A DNA stretch of 51,413 bases from IMG/VR virus record IMGVR_UViG_2563366798_000003, positions 1-51,413 of that record; one strand, 5' to 3'. The position numbers were made by a program, and so were the translations under genes. The stretch's first letter is position 1; each line of letters begins with the position of its first letter. The DNA comes from a virus. Taxonomy: Duplodnaviria > Heunggongvirae > Uroviricota > Caudoviricetes. Below, piece after piece: positions 32,146-42,843 of this stretch. Under the pieces are notes generated by a model. It was not told the DNA's origin, ran no database searches, and was given only the letters and a program-made list of their open reading frames with translations.

Positions 32146-32886
32146 ATGCCTGTACCAAATCCAGCAATACCGGTGAAAGGTGCCGGAACCACCCTGTGGG
32201 TTTATAACGGGAGCGGCGACCCTTATGCAAACCCGCTTTCAGACGTTGACTGGTCGCGTCTGGCAAAAGTTAAAGACCTGACGCCCGGCGAACTGACCGC
32301 TGAGTCCTATGACGACAGTTATCTCGATGATGAAGATGCGGACTGGACCGCGACCGGACAGGGGCAGAAGTCAGCCGGAGATACCAGCTTCACGCTGGCG
32401 TGGATGCCCGGAGAGCAGGGGCAGCAGGCGCTGCTGGCGTGGTTTAATGAAGGTGATACCCGTGCCTATAAAATCCGCTTCCCGAACGGCACGGTCGATG
32501 TGTTCCGTGGCTGGGTCAGCAGTATCGGTAAGGCGGTGACGGCGAAGGAAGTGATCACCCGCACGGTGAAAGTCACCAATGTGGGACGTCCGTCGATGGC
32601 AGAAGATCGCAGCACGGTAACAGCGGCAACCGGCATGACCGTGACGCCTGCCAGCACCTCGGTGGTGAAAGGGCAGAGCACCACGCTGACCGTGGCATTC
32701 CAGCCGGAAGGCGCAACCGACAAGAGCTTCCGTGCGGTGTCTGCGGATAAAACAAAAGCCACCGTGTCGGTCAGTGGTATGACCATCACCGTGAACGGTG
32801 TTGCTGCAGGCAAGGTCAACATTCTGGTCGTATCCGGTAATGGTGAACTTGCTGCGGTTGCAGAAATCAACGTCACCGCCAGTTAA
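32146..32886 (+). CDS. V: major tail tube protein V (with C-terminal Ig-like domain)
   Basis: 246 aa from MPVPNP..., matching lambda gpV. Confidence 0.9.
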   Translation: MPVPNPAIPVKGAGTTLWVYNGSGDPYANPLSDVDWSRLAKVKDLTPGELTAESYDDSYLDDEDADWTATGQGQKSAGDTSFTLAWMPGEQGQQALLAWFNEGDTRAYKIRFPNGTVDVFRGWVSSIGKAVTAKEVITRTVKVTNVGRPSMAEDRSTVTAATGMTVTPASTSVVKGQSTTLTVAFQPEGATDKSFRAVSADKTKATVSVSGMTITVNGVAAGKVNILVVSGNGELAAVAEINVTAS

Positions 32887-32901
32887 TCCGGAGAGTCAGC
32901 G

Positions 32902-33324
32902 ATGTTCCTGAAAACCGAATCATTTGAACATAACGGTGTGACCGTCACGCTTTCTGAACTGTCAGCCCTGCAGCGTATTGAGCATCTCGCCCTGATGAAA
33001 CGACAGGCAGAACAGGCGGAGTCAGACAGCAACCGGAAGTTTACTGTGGAAGACGCCATCAGAACCGGCGCTTTTGTGGTGGCGATGTCCCTGTGGCATA
33101 ACCATCCGCAGAAGACAAAGCTGCCTTCCATGAATGAAGCCGTTAAACAGATTGAGCAGGAAGTGCTTACCACCTGGCCCACGGAGGCAATTTCTCATGC
33201 TGAAAACGTGGTGTACCGGCTGTCCGGTATGTATGAGTTTGTGGTGAATGATGCTCCTGAACAGGCAGATGACGCCGGGCCTGCAGAGCCTGTTTCTGCG
33301 GGAAAGTGTTCGACGGTGAGCTGA
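32902..33324 (+). CDS. G: tail assembly chaperone G
   Basis: 140 aa matching lambda gpG. Confidence 0.9.
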   Translation: MFLKTESFEHNGVTVTLSELSALQRIEHLALMKRQAEQAESDSNRKFTVEDAIRTGAFVVAMSLWHNHPQKTKLPSMNEAVKQIEQEVLTTWPTEAISHAENVVYRLSGMYEFVVNDAPEQADDAGPAEPVSAGKCSTVS

Positions 33325-33740
33325 GTTTTGCCCTGAAACTGGCGCGTGAGATGGGGCGACCCGACTGGCGTGCCATGCTTGCCGGGATGTCATCCACGGA
33401 GTATGCCGACTGGCACCGCTTTTACAGTACCCATTATTTTCATGATGTTCTGCTGGATATGCACTTTTCCGGGCTGACATATACCGTGCTCAGCCTGTTT
33501 TTCAGCGATCCGGATATGCATCCGCTGGATTTCAGTCTGCTTAACCGGCGTGAGGCTGACGAAGAGCCTGAAGATGATGTGCTGATGCAGAAAGCGGCAG
33601 GGCTTGCCGGAGGCGTTCGTTTTGGCCCGGACGGGAAAGAAGTTATCCCCGCTTCCCCGGATGTAGCGGACATGACGGAGGATGACGTAATGCTGATGAC
33701 AGTATCAGAAGGGATCGCAGGAGGAGTCCGGTATGGCTGA
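33306..33740 (+). CDS. T: T portion of G-T tail assembly chaperone (expressed by -1 frameshift from G)
   Basis: -1 frame ORF matching lambda gpT; slippery heptamer GGGAAAG at 33300-33306. Confidence 0.85.
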   Translation: MFDGELSFALKLAREMGRPDWRAMLAGMSSTEYADWHRFYSTHYFHDVLLDMHFSGLTYTVLSLFFSDPDMHPLDFSLLNRREADEEPEDDVLMQKAAGLAGGVRFGPDGKEVIPASPDVADMTEDDVMLMTVSEGIAGGVRYG

Positions 33741-36294
33741 ACCGGTAGGCGATCTGGTCGTTGATTTAAGTCTGGATGCGGCCAGATTTGACGAGCAGAT
33801 GGCCAGAGTCAGGCGTCATTTTTCCGGTACGGAAAGTGATGCGAAAAAAACAGCGGCAGTCGTTGAACAGTCGATGAACCGGCAGGCGCTGGCTGCACAG
33901 AAAGCGGGGATTTCCGTCGGGCAGTATAAAGCCGCCATGCGTATGCTGCCTGCACAGTTCACCGACGTGGCCACGCAGCTTGCAGGCGGGCAAAGTCCGT
34001 GGCTGATCCTGCTGCAACAGGGGGGTCAGGTGAAGGACTCCTTCGGCGGGATGATCCCCATGTTCCGGGGGCTTGCCGGTGCGATCACCCTGCCGATGGT
34101 CGGGGCCACCTCGCTGGCGGTGGCGACCGGTGCGCTGGCGTATGCCTGGTATCAGGGCAACTCAACCCTGTCCGATTTCAACAAAACGCTGGTCCTTTCC
34201 GGCAATCAGTCGGGGCTGACGGCAGATCGTATGCTGGTCCTGTCCAGAGCCGGGCAGGCGGCAGGGCTGACGTTTAACCAGACCAGCGAGTCACTCAGCG
34301 CACTGGTTAAGGCGGGGGTAAGCGGTGAGGCTCAGATTGCGTCCATCAGCCAGAGTGTGGCGCGTTTCTCTTCTGCATCCGGCGTGGAGGTGGACAAGGT
34401 CGCTGAAGCCTTCGGGAAGCTGACCACTGACCCGACGTCGGGGCTGACGGCGATGGCGCGCCAGTTCCATAACGTGACGGCGGAGCAGATTGCGTATGTT
34501 GCTCAGTTGCAGCGTTCCGGCGATGAAGCCGGGGCATTGCAGGCGGCGAACGAGGCCGCAACGAAAGGGTTTGATGACCAGACCCGACGCCTGAAAGAGA
34601 ACATGGGCACGCTGGAAACCTGGGCAGACAGGACAGCACGGGCATTCAAATCCATGTGGGATGCGGTGCTGGATATTGGTCGTCCTGATACCGCTCAGGA
34701 GATGCTGATTAAGGCAGAGGCTGCGTTTAAGAAAGCGGACGACATCTGGAATCTGCGCAAGGATGATTATTTTGTTAACGATGAAGCGCGGGCGCGTTAC
34801 TGGGATGACCGTGAAAAGGCCCGTCTTGCGCTTAAAGCCGCCCGAAAGAAGGCTGAACAGCAGAGTCAACAGGACAAAAATGCGCAGCAGCAGAGCGATA
34901 CCGAAGCGTCACGGCTGAAATATACCGAAGAGGCGCAGAAGGCTTACGAACGGCTGCAGACACCGCTGGAGAAATATACCGCCCGTCAGGAAGAACTGAA
35001 CAAGGCACTGAAAGACGGGAAAATCCTGCAGGCAGATTACAACACGCTGATGGCGGCGGCGAAAAAGGATTATGAAGCGACGCTGAAAAAGCCGAAACAG
35101 TCCGGCGTGAAGGTGTCTGCGGGCGATCGTCAGGAAGACAGTGCTCATGCTGCCCTGCTGACGCTTCAGGCAGAACTCCGGACGCTGGAGAAGCATGCCG
35201 GAGCGAATGAGAAAATCAGCCAGCAGCGCCGGGATTTGTGGAAGGCGGAAAATCAGTTCGCGGTACTGGAGGAGGCGGCACAACGTCGCCAGCTATCCGC
35301 ACAGGAGAAATCCCTGCTGGCGCATAAAGATGAGACGCTGGAGTACAAACGCCAGCTGGCTGTACTTGGCGATAAGGTCACGTATCAGGAGCACCTGAAT
35401 GCGCTGGCGCAGCAGGCGGATAAGTTCGCACAGCAACAACGGGCAAAACGGGCAGCCATTGAGGCGAAAAACCGGGGGCTTACTGACCGGCAGGCAGCGC
35501 GGGAAGCCACAGAACAGCGCCTGAAGGAACAGTATGGCGATAATTCGCTGGCGCTGAATAACGTCATGTCAGAGCAGAAAAAGACCTGGGCGGCTGAAGA
35601 CCAGCTTCGCGGGAGCTGGATGGCAGGCCTCAAGTCCGGCTGGAGTGAGTGGGAAGAGAGCGCCACGGACAGTATGTCGCAGGTTAAAAGTGCAGCCACG
35701 CAGACCTTTGATGGTATTGCGCAGAATATGGCGGCGATGCTGACCGGCAGTGAACAGAACTGGCGCAGCTTCACCCGCTCCGTGCTGTCCATGATGACAG
35801 AAATTCTGCTTAAGCAGGCAATGGTGGGGATTGTCGGGAGTATCGGCAGCGCCATTGGCGGGGCTGTTGGTGGCGGCGCATCAGCGTCAGGCGGTACAGC
35901 CATTCAGGCAGCTGCGGCGAAATTCCATTTTGCGACCGGAGGATTTACGGGAACCGGCGGCAAATATGAGCCAGCGGGGATTGTTCACCGTGGTGAATTT
36001 GTCTTCACTAAGGAGGCAACCAGCCGGATTGGCGTGGGGAATCTCTACCGGCTGATGCGCGGCTATGCCACCGGCGGTTATGTCGGTACACCGGGCAGCA
36101 TGGCGGACAGCCGCTCGCAGGCATCCGGGAAGTTTGAGCAGAATAACCATGTGGTGATTAACAACGACGGCACGAACGGTCAGATAGGGCCACAGGCGCT
36201 GAAGGCGGTTTATGACGTAGCCCGTAAGGCGGCAATGGATGTTGTGACCGGGCAGATGCGCGATGGTGGTCTGTTCTCCGGAGGTGGACGATGA
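33733..36294 (+). CDS. H: tail tape measure protein H
   Basis: 853 aa matching lambda gpH. Confidence 0.95.
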   Translation: MAEPVGDLVVDLSLDAARFDEQMARVRRHFSGTESDAKKTAAVVEQSMNRQALAAQKAGISVGQYKAAMRMLPAQFTDVATQLAGGQSPWLILLQQGGQVKDSFGGMIPMFRGLAGAITLPMVGATSLAVATGALAYAWYQGNSTLSDFNKTLVLSGNQSGLTADRMLVLSRAGQAAGLTFNQTSESLSALVKAGVSGEAQIASISQSVARFSSASGVEVDKVAEAFGKLTTDPTSGLTAMARQFHNVTAEQIAYVAQLQRSGDEAGALQAANEAATKGFDDQTRRLKENMGTLETWADRTARAFKSMWDAVLDIGRPDTAQEMLIKAEAAFKKADDIWNLRKDDYFVNDEARARYWDDREKARLALKAARKKAEQQSQQDKNAQQQSDTEASRLKYTEEAQKAYERLQTPLEKYTARQEELNKALKDGKILQADYNTLMAAAKKDYEATLKKPKQSGVKVSAGDRQEDSAHAALLTLQAELRTLEKHAGANEKISQQRRDLWKAENQFAVLEEAAQRRQLSAQEKSLLAHKDETLEYKRQLAVLGDKVTYQEHLNALAQQADKFAQQQRAKRAAIEAKNRGLTDRQAAREATEQRLKEQYGDNSLALNNVMSEQKKTWAAEDQLRGSWMAGLKSGWSEWEESATDSMSQVKSAATQTFDGIAQNMAAMLTGSEQNWRSFTRSVLSMMTEILLKQAMVGIVGSIGSAIGGAVGGGASASGGTAIQAAAAKFHFATGGFTGTGGKYEPAGIVHRGEFVFTKEATSRIGVGNLYRLMRGYATGGYVGTPGSMADSRSQASGKFEQNNHVVINNDGTNGQIGPQALKAVYDVARKAAMDVVTGQMRDGGLFSGGGR

Positions 36295-36620
36295 AAACCT
36301 TCCGCTGGAAAGTGAAACCCGGTATGGATGTGGCTTCGGCCCCTTCCGTAAGAAAGGTGCGCTTTGGTGATGGCTATTCTCAGCGAGCGCCTGCCGGGCT
36401 GAATGCCGACCTGAAAACGTACAGCGTGACGCTTTCTGTTCCCCGTTGGGAGGCCACAGCGCTTGAGTCGTTTCTGGCTGAGCACGGGGGCTGGAAATCC
36501 TTTCTGTGGACGCCGCCTTATGAGTGGCGGCAGATAAAGGTGACCTGCGCAAAATGGTCGTCGCGGGTCAGTATGCTGCGTGTTGAGTTCAGCGCAGAGT
36601 TTGAACAGGTGGTGAACTGA
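36291..36620 (+). CDS. M: tail tip protein M
   Basis: 109 aa matching lambda gpM. Confidence 0.9.
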   Translation: MKTFRWKVKPGMDVASAPSVRKVRFGDGYSQRAPAGLNADLKTYSVTLSVPRWEATALESFLAEHGGWKSFLWTPPYEWRQIKVTCAKWSSRVSMLRVEFSAEFEQVVN

Positions 36621-37318
36621 TGCAGGATATCCGGCAGGAAACACTGAATGAATGCACCCGTGCGGAGCAGTCGGCCAGCGTGGTGCTCTGGGAAATCGAT
36701 CTGACAGAGGTCGGTGGAGAACGTTATTTTTTCTGTAATGAGCAGAACGAAAAAGGTGAGCCGGTCACCTGGCAGGGGCGACAGTATCAGCCGTATCCCA
36801 TTCAGGGGAGCGGTTTTGAACTGAATGGCAAAGGCACCAGTACGCGCCCCACGCTGACGGTCTCTAACCTGCACGGCATGGTCACCGGTATGGCGGAAGA
36901 CCTGCAGAGTCTGGTCGGCGGAACGGTGGTCCGGCGTAAGGTTTACGCCCGTTTTCTGGATGCGGTGAACTTCGTTAACGGAAACAGCGACGCCGATCCG
37001 GAGCAGGAGGTGATCAGCCGCTGGCGCATCGAACAGTGCAGCGAACTGAGCGCGGTGAGTGCCTCTTTTGTACTGTCCACGCCGACTGAAACGGATGGTG
37101 CTGTTTTTCCGGGGCGCATCATGCTGGCTAATACCTGCACCTGGATCTATCGCGGTGATGAGTGCGGTTATCACGGTCCGGCTGTCGCGGATGAATATGA
37201 CCAGCCGACGTCCGATATCACGAAGGATAAATGCAGCAAATGCCTGAGTGGCTGTAAGTTTCGCAATAACGTCGGCAACTTTGGCGGCTTCCTTTCCATT
37301 AACAAACTTTCGCAGTAA
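36620..37318 (+). CDS. L: tail tip protein L
   Basis: 232 aa matching lambda gpL. Confidence 0.9.
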   Translation: MQDIRQETLNECTRAEQSASVVLWEIDLTEVGGERYFFCNEQNEKGEPVTWQGRQYQPYPIQGSGFELNGKGTSTRPTLTVSNLHGMVTGMAEDLQSLVGGTVVRRKVYARFLDAVNFVNGNSDADPEQEVISRWRIEQCSELSAVSASFVLSTPTETDGAVFPGRIMLANTCTWIYRGDECGYHGPAVADEYDQPTSDITKDKCSKCLSGCKFRNNVGNFGGFLSINKLSQ

Positions 37319-37323
37319 ATCCC

Positions 37324-38067
37324 ATGACAGAGACAGAATCAGCGATTCTGGCGCACGCCCGACGATGTGCGCCAGCGGAGTCGTGCGGCTTCGTGGTGAG
37401 AACGCCGGAGGGGGAAAGATATTTTCCCTGCGTGAATATCTCCGGTGAGCCGGAGGAGTATTTCCGGATGTCGCCGGAGGACTGGCTGCAGGCAGAGATG
37501 CAGGGTGAGATTGTGGCGCTGGTCCACAGCCATCCCGGTGGTCTGCCCTGGCTGAGTGAAGCCGACCGGCGGCTGCAGGTGCAGAGTGATTTACCGTGGT
37601 GGCTGGTCTGCCGCGGGGAGATTCATAAATTCCGCTGTGTGCCGTATCTCATCGGGCGGCGCTTTGAGCACGGGGTGACGGACTGTTACACGCTGTTCCG
37701 GGACGCTTACCATCTGGCGGGGATTGAGATGCCGGATTTTCACCGCGAGGATGACTGGTGGCGTAACGGTCAGAATCTCTATCTGGATAATCTGGAGGCC
37801 ACAGGGCTGTATCAGGTGCCGTTGTCAGCGGCGCAGCCGGGCGATGTGCTGCTGTGCTGTTTTGGTTCATCGGTGCCGAATCATGCCGCCATTTACTGCG
37901 GCGACGGCGAGCTGTTGCACCATATTCCTGAACAACTGAGCAAACGAGAGAGGTATACCGACAAATGGCAGCGACGCACACACTCCCTCTGGCGTCACCG
38001 GGCATGGCACGCATCTGCCTTTACGGGGATTTACAACGATTTGGCCGCCGCATCGACCTTCGTGTGA
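37324..38067 (+). CDS. K: tail tip assembly protein K (JAB/MPN + NlpC/P60-like)
   Basis: 247-aa ORF matching lambda gpK; start taken as the longest form; overlaps I as in lambda. Confidence 0.85.
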   Translation: MTETESAILAHARRCAPAESCGFVVRTPEGERYFPCVNISGEPEEYFRMSPEDWLQAEMQGEIVALVHSHPGGLPWLSEADRRLQVQSDLPWWLVCRGEIHKFRCVPYLIGRRFEHGVTDCYTLFRDAYHLAGIEMPDFHREDDWWRNGQNLYLDNLEATGLYQVPLSAAQPGDVLLCCFGSSVPNHAAIYCGDGELLHHIPEQLSKRERYTDKWQRRTHSLWRHRAWHASAFTGIYNDLAAASTFV

Positions 38068-38636
38068 AAACGGGGGCTGAAGCCATCCGCGCACTGGCCA
38101 CACAGCTCCCGGTGTTTCGTCAGAAACTGAGCGACGGCTGGTATCAGGTACGGATTGCCGGGCGGGACGTCAGCACGTCCGGGTTAACGGCGCAGTTACA
38201 TGAGACTCTGCCTGATGGCGCTGTGATTCATATTGTTCCCAGAGTCGCAGGGGCCAAGTCAGGTGGCGTATTCCAGATTGTCCTGGGGGCTGCCGCCATT
38301 GCCGGATCATTCTTTACCGCCGGAGCCACCCTTGCAGCATGGGGGGCAGCCATTGGGGCCGGTGGTATGACCGGCATCTTGTTTTCTCTCGGTGCCAGTA
38401 TGGTGCTCGGTGGTGTGGCGCAGATGCTGGCACCGAAAGCCAGAACTCCCCGTACACAGACAACGGATAACGGCAAACAGAACACCTATTTCTCCTCACT
38501 GGATAACATGGTTGCCCTGGGCAATGTTCTGCCGGTTCTGTACGGTGAAATGCGCGTGGGGTCACGCGTGGTTTCTCAGGAGATCAGCACGGCAGACGAA
38601 GGGGATGGTGGTCAGATTGTGGTGATTGGTCGCTGA
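37965..38636 (+). CDS. I: tail tip assembly protein I
   Basis: 223 aa matching lambda gpI. Confidence 0.9.
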   Translation: MAATHTLPLASPGMARICLYGDLQRFGRRIDLRVKTGAEAIRALATQLPVFRQKLSDGWYQVRIAGRDVSTSGLTAQLHETLPDGAVIHIVPRVAGAKSGGVFQIVLGAAAIAGSFFTAGATLAAWGAAIGAGGMTGILFSLGASMVLGGVAQMLAPKARTPRTQTTDNGKQNTYFSSLDNMVALGNVLPVLYGEMRVGSRVVSQEISTADEGDGGQIVVIGR

Positions 38637-38696
38637 TGCAAAATGTTTTATGTGAAACCGCCTCCGGGCGGTTTTATCGTTTATGGAGCATGACGA

Positions 38697-41600
38697 ATGG
38701 GTAAAGGCAGCAGTAAGGGGCATATCCCGCGCGAAGCGAAGGACAACCTGAAGTCCACGCAGCTGCTGAGTGTGATCGATGCCATCAGCGAAGGGCCGGT
38801 TGAAGGTCCGGTGGATGGATTAAAAAGCGTGCTGCTGAACAGTACGCCGGTGCTGGACAGTGAGGGGAATACCAATATATCCGGCGTCACGGTGGTGTTC
38901 CGGGCCGGTGAGCAGGAGCAGACACCGCCGGAGGGATTTGAATCCTCCGGCTCCGAGACGGTGCTCGGTACAGAAGTGAAATATGACACGCCGATCACCC
39001 GGACCATCACGTCGGCAAACATTGACCGTCTGCGTTTTACTTTCGGCGTGCAGGCACTGGTGGAAACCACCTCAAAGGGTGACCGGAATCCGTCGGAAGT
39101 CCGCCTGCTGGTTCAGATACAACGTAACGGTGGCTGGGTGACGGAAAAAGACATCACCATTAAGGGTAAAACCACTTCACAGTATCTGGCCTCGGTGGTG
39201 GTGGATAACCTGCCGCCGCGCCCGTTCAGTATCCGGATGCGCAGGATGACGCCGGACAGCACCACAGACCAGCTGCAGAACAAAACGCTCTGGTCGTCAT
39301 ACACCGAAATTATCGATGTGAAACAGTGCTACCCGAACACGGCACTGGTCGGCGTGCAGGTGGACTCGGAGCAGTTCGGCAGTCAGCAGGTGAGCCGTAA
39401 TTATCATCTGCGCGGGCGTATTCTGCAGGTGCCGTCGAATTATAACCCGCAGACGCGGCAATACAGCGGTATCTGGGACGGAACGTTTAAACCGGCATAC
39501 AGCAACAACATGGCCTGGTGTCTGTGGGATATGCTGACCCATCCGCGCTACGGCATGGGGAAACGTCTTGGTGCGGCGGATGTGGATAAATGGGCGCTGT
39601 ATGTCATCGGCCAGTACTGCGACCAGTCAGTGCCGGACGGCTTTGGCGGCACGGAGCCGCGCATCACCTGTAATGCGTACCTGACCACACAGCGCAAGGC
39701 GTGGGATGTGCTCAGTGATTTCTGCTCGGCGATGCGCTGTATGCCGGTATGGAACGGGCAGACGCTGACGTTCGTGCAGGACCGACCATCAGATAAGGTG
39801 TGGACCTATAACCGCAGTAATGTGGTGATGCCGGATGATGGCGCGCCGTTCCGCTACAGCTTCAGCGCCCTGAAGGACCGCCATAATGCCGTTGAGGTGA
39901 ACTGGATTGACCCGAACAACGGCTGGGAGACGGCGACAGAGCTCGTGGAGGATACGCAGGCCATTGCCCGTTACGGCCGTAACGTCACGAAGATGGATGC
40001 CTTTGGCTGTACCAGTCGGGGGCAGGCACACCGCGCCGGGCTGTGGCTGATTAAAACGGAGCTGCTGGAAACGCAGACCGTGGACTTCAGCGTGGGTGCT
40101 GAAGGGCTTCGCCATGTACCGGGGGATGTCATTGAAATCTGCGATGATGACTATGCCGGTATCAGCATCGGTGGGCGTGTGCTGGCGGTGAACAGCCAGA
40201 CCCGGACGCTGACGCTCGACCGTGAAATCACGCTGCCATCCTCCGGCACCACGCTGATAAGCCTGGTTGACGGGCAGGGGAATCCGGTCAGCGTGGAGGT
40301 CCAGTCCGTCACCGACGGTGTGAAGGTGAAAGTGAGCCGTGTTCCTGACGGCGTTGCCGGATACAGCGTGTGGGGGCTGAAGCTGCCGATGCTGCGCCAG
40401 CGCCTGTTCCGCTGTGTGAGTATCCGTGAGAACGATGACGGCACGTATGCCATCACTGCCGTGCAGCATGTACCGGAGAAAGAAGCCATCGTGGATAACG
40501 GGGCGTACTTTGACGGCGACCAGAGCGGAACGGTGAACGGTGTCACGCCGCCCGCGGTGCAGCACCTGACTGCAGAAGTCACCGCAGACAGCGGGGAATA
40601 CCAGGTGCTGGCGCGCTGGGACACGCCGAAGGTGGTGAAGGGGGGGAGCTTTATGCTTCGCCTGACCGTGGCAGCGGATGACGGCAGTGAGCGGCTGGTC
40701 AGCACGGCCAGGACGACGGAAACCACATACCGCTTCAGGCAACTGGCGCTGGGGAACTACAGGCTGACAGTCCGGGCGGTAAATGCGTGGGGGCAGCAGG
40801 GCGATCCGGCGTCGGTATCGTTCCGGATTGCCGCACCGGCAGCACCGTCGCAGATTGAGCTGACGCCGGGCTATTTTCAGATAACCGCCACGCCGCATCT
40901 TGCCGTTTATGATCCGACGGTACAGTTTGAGTTCTGGTTCTCGGAAAAGCGGATTGCGGATATCAGGCAGGTTGAAACCACAGCCAGCTATCTTGGCACG
41001 GCGCTGTACTGGATAGCTGCCAGTATCAATATTAAGCCGGGTCATGATTATTATTTTTACGTTCGCAGTGTGAACACCGTTGGCAAATCGGCATTCGTGG
41101 AGGCTGTCGGTCGGGCGAGCGATGATGCGGAAGGTTACCTGGATTTTTTCAAAGGCCAGATAACCGAATCCCATCTCGGCAAGGAGCTGCTGGAAAAAGT
41201 CGAGCTGACGGAGGATAACGCCAGCAAACTGGAGGAGTTTTCGAAAGAGTGGAAAGACGCCAACGATAAATGGAATGCCATGTGGGGCGTCAAAATTGAG
41301 CAGACCGAAGACGGCAGGCATTATGTCGCGGGGCTTGGCCTCAGCATGGAGGATACGGAGGAAGGCAAACTGAGCCAGTTTCTGGTTGCCGCTAACCGTA
41401 TCGCGTTTATTGACCCGGCAAACGGGAATGAAACGCCGATGTTTGTGGCGCAGGGCAACCAGATATTCATGAACGACGTGTTCCTGAAGTATCTGACGGC
41501 TCCCACCATTACCAGCGGCGGCAATCCTCCGGTATTTTCCCTGACACCGGACGGGCGGCTGACGGCGAAAAATGCCGATATCAGCGGTAACGTGAATGCG

Positions 41601-42110
41601 AACTCCGGGACGCTCAACAACGTCACGGTAAATGAAAACTGTACGATTAAGGGCATGCTGGAGGCGAACCAGGTCAGAGGTGACTTCGTTAAAACTGTAT
41701 CCAAACCATTTCCGAAAAAGGCTGGTACGTGGGGTAACACGGAAACACCAAACGGGACGGTTACAGTCACCATCAGTGATGATCATAACTTTGACCGTCA
41801 AATCATTATTCCGCCCATTATCTTTAACGGAATAGCGTATAGCGATCCGGGAAGTGGTAATAACCCGGGAGGTACAAGATACACGGGTTATGGTTTTGAA
41901 GTTCGCAAAAACGGTGTATTAATCGCATCCAGAGAAACTAAAGGGGCCATTCCCGGTAGCTACAGTGCGGTTATTGATATGCCGAGTGGCAGGGGAAGCG
42001 TCACTCTGGAGTTTAAGATTTTCCAGAAAGGCAATCAGTGGGCAGGTAATATCACCGATTGTACGGTGATTGTGACCAAAAAAGCCGCTTCCGGCATCAG
42101 TATTCGTTGA
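38697..42110 (+). CDS. J: central tail fibre / host specificity protein J
   Basis: 1137 aa; N-terminal about 85% matches lambda gpJ, C-terminal about 150 residues divergent. Confidence 0.95.
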   Translation: MGKGSSKGHIPREAKDNLKSTQLLSVIDAISEGPVEGPVDGLKSVLLNSTPVLDSEGNTNISGVTVVFRAGEQEQTPPEGFESSGSETVLGTEVKYDTPITRTITSANIDRLRFTFGVQALVETTSKGDRNPSEVRLLVQIQRNGGWVTEKDITIKGKTTSQYLASVVVDNLPPRPFSIRMRRMTPDSTTDQLQNKTLWSSYTEIIDVKQCYPNTALVGVQVDSEQFGSQQVSRNYHLRGRILQVPSNYNPQTRQYSGIWDGTFKPAYSNNMAWCLWDMLTHPRYGMGKRLGAADVDKWALYVIGQYCDQSVPDGFGGTEPRITCNAYLTTQRKAWDVLSDFCSAMRCMPVWNGQTLTFVQDRPSDKVWTYNRSNVVMPDDGAPFRYSFSALKDRHNAVEVNWIDPNNGWETATELVEDTQAIARYGRNVTKMDAFGCTSRGQAHRAGLWLIKTELLETQTVDFSVGAEGLRHVPGDVIEICDDDYAGISIGGRVLAVNSQTRTLTLDREITLPSSGTTLISLVDGQGNPVSVEVQSVTDGVKVKVSRVPDGVAGYSVWGLKLPMLRQRLFRCVSIRENDDGTYAITAVQHVPEKEAIVDNGAYFDGDQSGTVNGVTPPAVQHLTAEVTADSGEYQVLARWDTPKVVKGGSFMLRLTVAADDGSERLVSTARTTETTYRFRQLALGNYRLTVRAVNAWGQQGDPASVSFRIAAPAAPSQIELTPGYFQITATPHLAVYDPTVQFEFWFSEKRIADIRQVETTASYLGTALYWIAASINIKPGHDYYFYVRSVNTVGKSAFVEAVGRASDDAEGYLDFFKGQITESHLGKELLEKVELTEDNASKLEEFSKEWKDANDKWNAMWGVKIEQTEDGRHYVAGLGLSMEDTEEGKLSQFLVAANRIAFIDPANGNETPMFVAQGNQIFMNDVFLKYLTAPTITSGGNPPVFSLTPDGRLTAKNADISGNVNANSGTLNNVTVNENCTIKGMLEANQVRGDFVKTVSKPFPKKAGTWGNTETPNGTVTVTISDDHNFDRQIIIPPIIFNGIAYSDPGSGNNPGGTRYTGYGFEVRKNGVLIASRETKGAIPGSYSAVIDMPSGRGSVTLEFKIFQKGNQWAGNITDCTVIVTKKAASGISIR

Positions 42111-42179
42111 AATTGTTATAACCCATATAAGGGCACCAGAAATGGTGCCTTTTTTATTGCAGAAAAGCGAGAGGTAATT

Positions 42180-42779
42180 ATGCGTAAACTTTATGCCGCC
42201 ATTTTTTCCGCAGCCATCTGTCTGGCCGTATCCGGTGCGCCTGCATGGGCATCTGAACATCAGTCCACGCTGAGCGCGGGGTATCTTCATGCCTCGACGA
42301 ACGTTCCCGGCAGCGATGATCTTAACGGGATTAACGTGAAATACCGTTATGAGTTTACGGACACACTGGGGCTGGTGACGTCATTCAGCTATGCAGGAGA
42401 CAAGAATCGCCAGCTTACCCGTTACAGCGATACCCGCTGGCATGAAGATTCCGTGCGTAACCGCTGGTTCAGCGTGATGGCGGGGCCGTCTGTGCGCGTG
42501 AATGAATGGTTCAGTGCTTATGCGATGGCGGGTGTGGCTTACAGCCGTGTTTCGACGTTCTCCGGGGATTATCTCCGCGTAACTGACAACAAGGGGAAAA
42601 CGCACGATGTGCTGACCGGAAGTGATGACGGTCGCCACAGCGACACGTCTCTGGCGTGGGGAGCTGGCGTGCAGTTTAACCCGACCGAATCCGTGGCCAT
42701 TGATATTGCTTATGAAGGCTCCGGCAGTGGCGACTGGCGTACTGACGGTTTCATCGTGGGTGTCGGTTATAAATTCTGA
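42180..42779 (+). CDS. lom: Ail/Lom-family outer membrane protein
   Basis: 199 aa with signal peptide and C-terminal [24 protein letters not shown] identical to lambda Lom C-terminus. Confidence 0.9.
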
Positions 42780-42843
42780 TTAGCCAGGTAACACAGTGTT
42801 ATTACAGCCCGCCGGTTCAGGCGGGCTTTTTTGTGGAGTGGAT

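Noticed and set aside
39789-41801. 670-aa minus-strand ORF
   Set aside because: Lies entirely antisense to J, which matches lambda J over its length; it is an open frame in GC-rich DNA, not a gene
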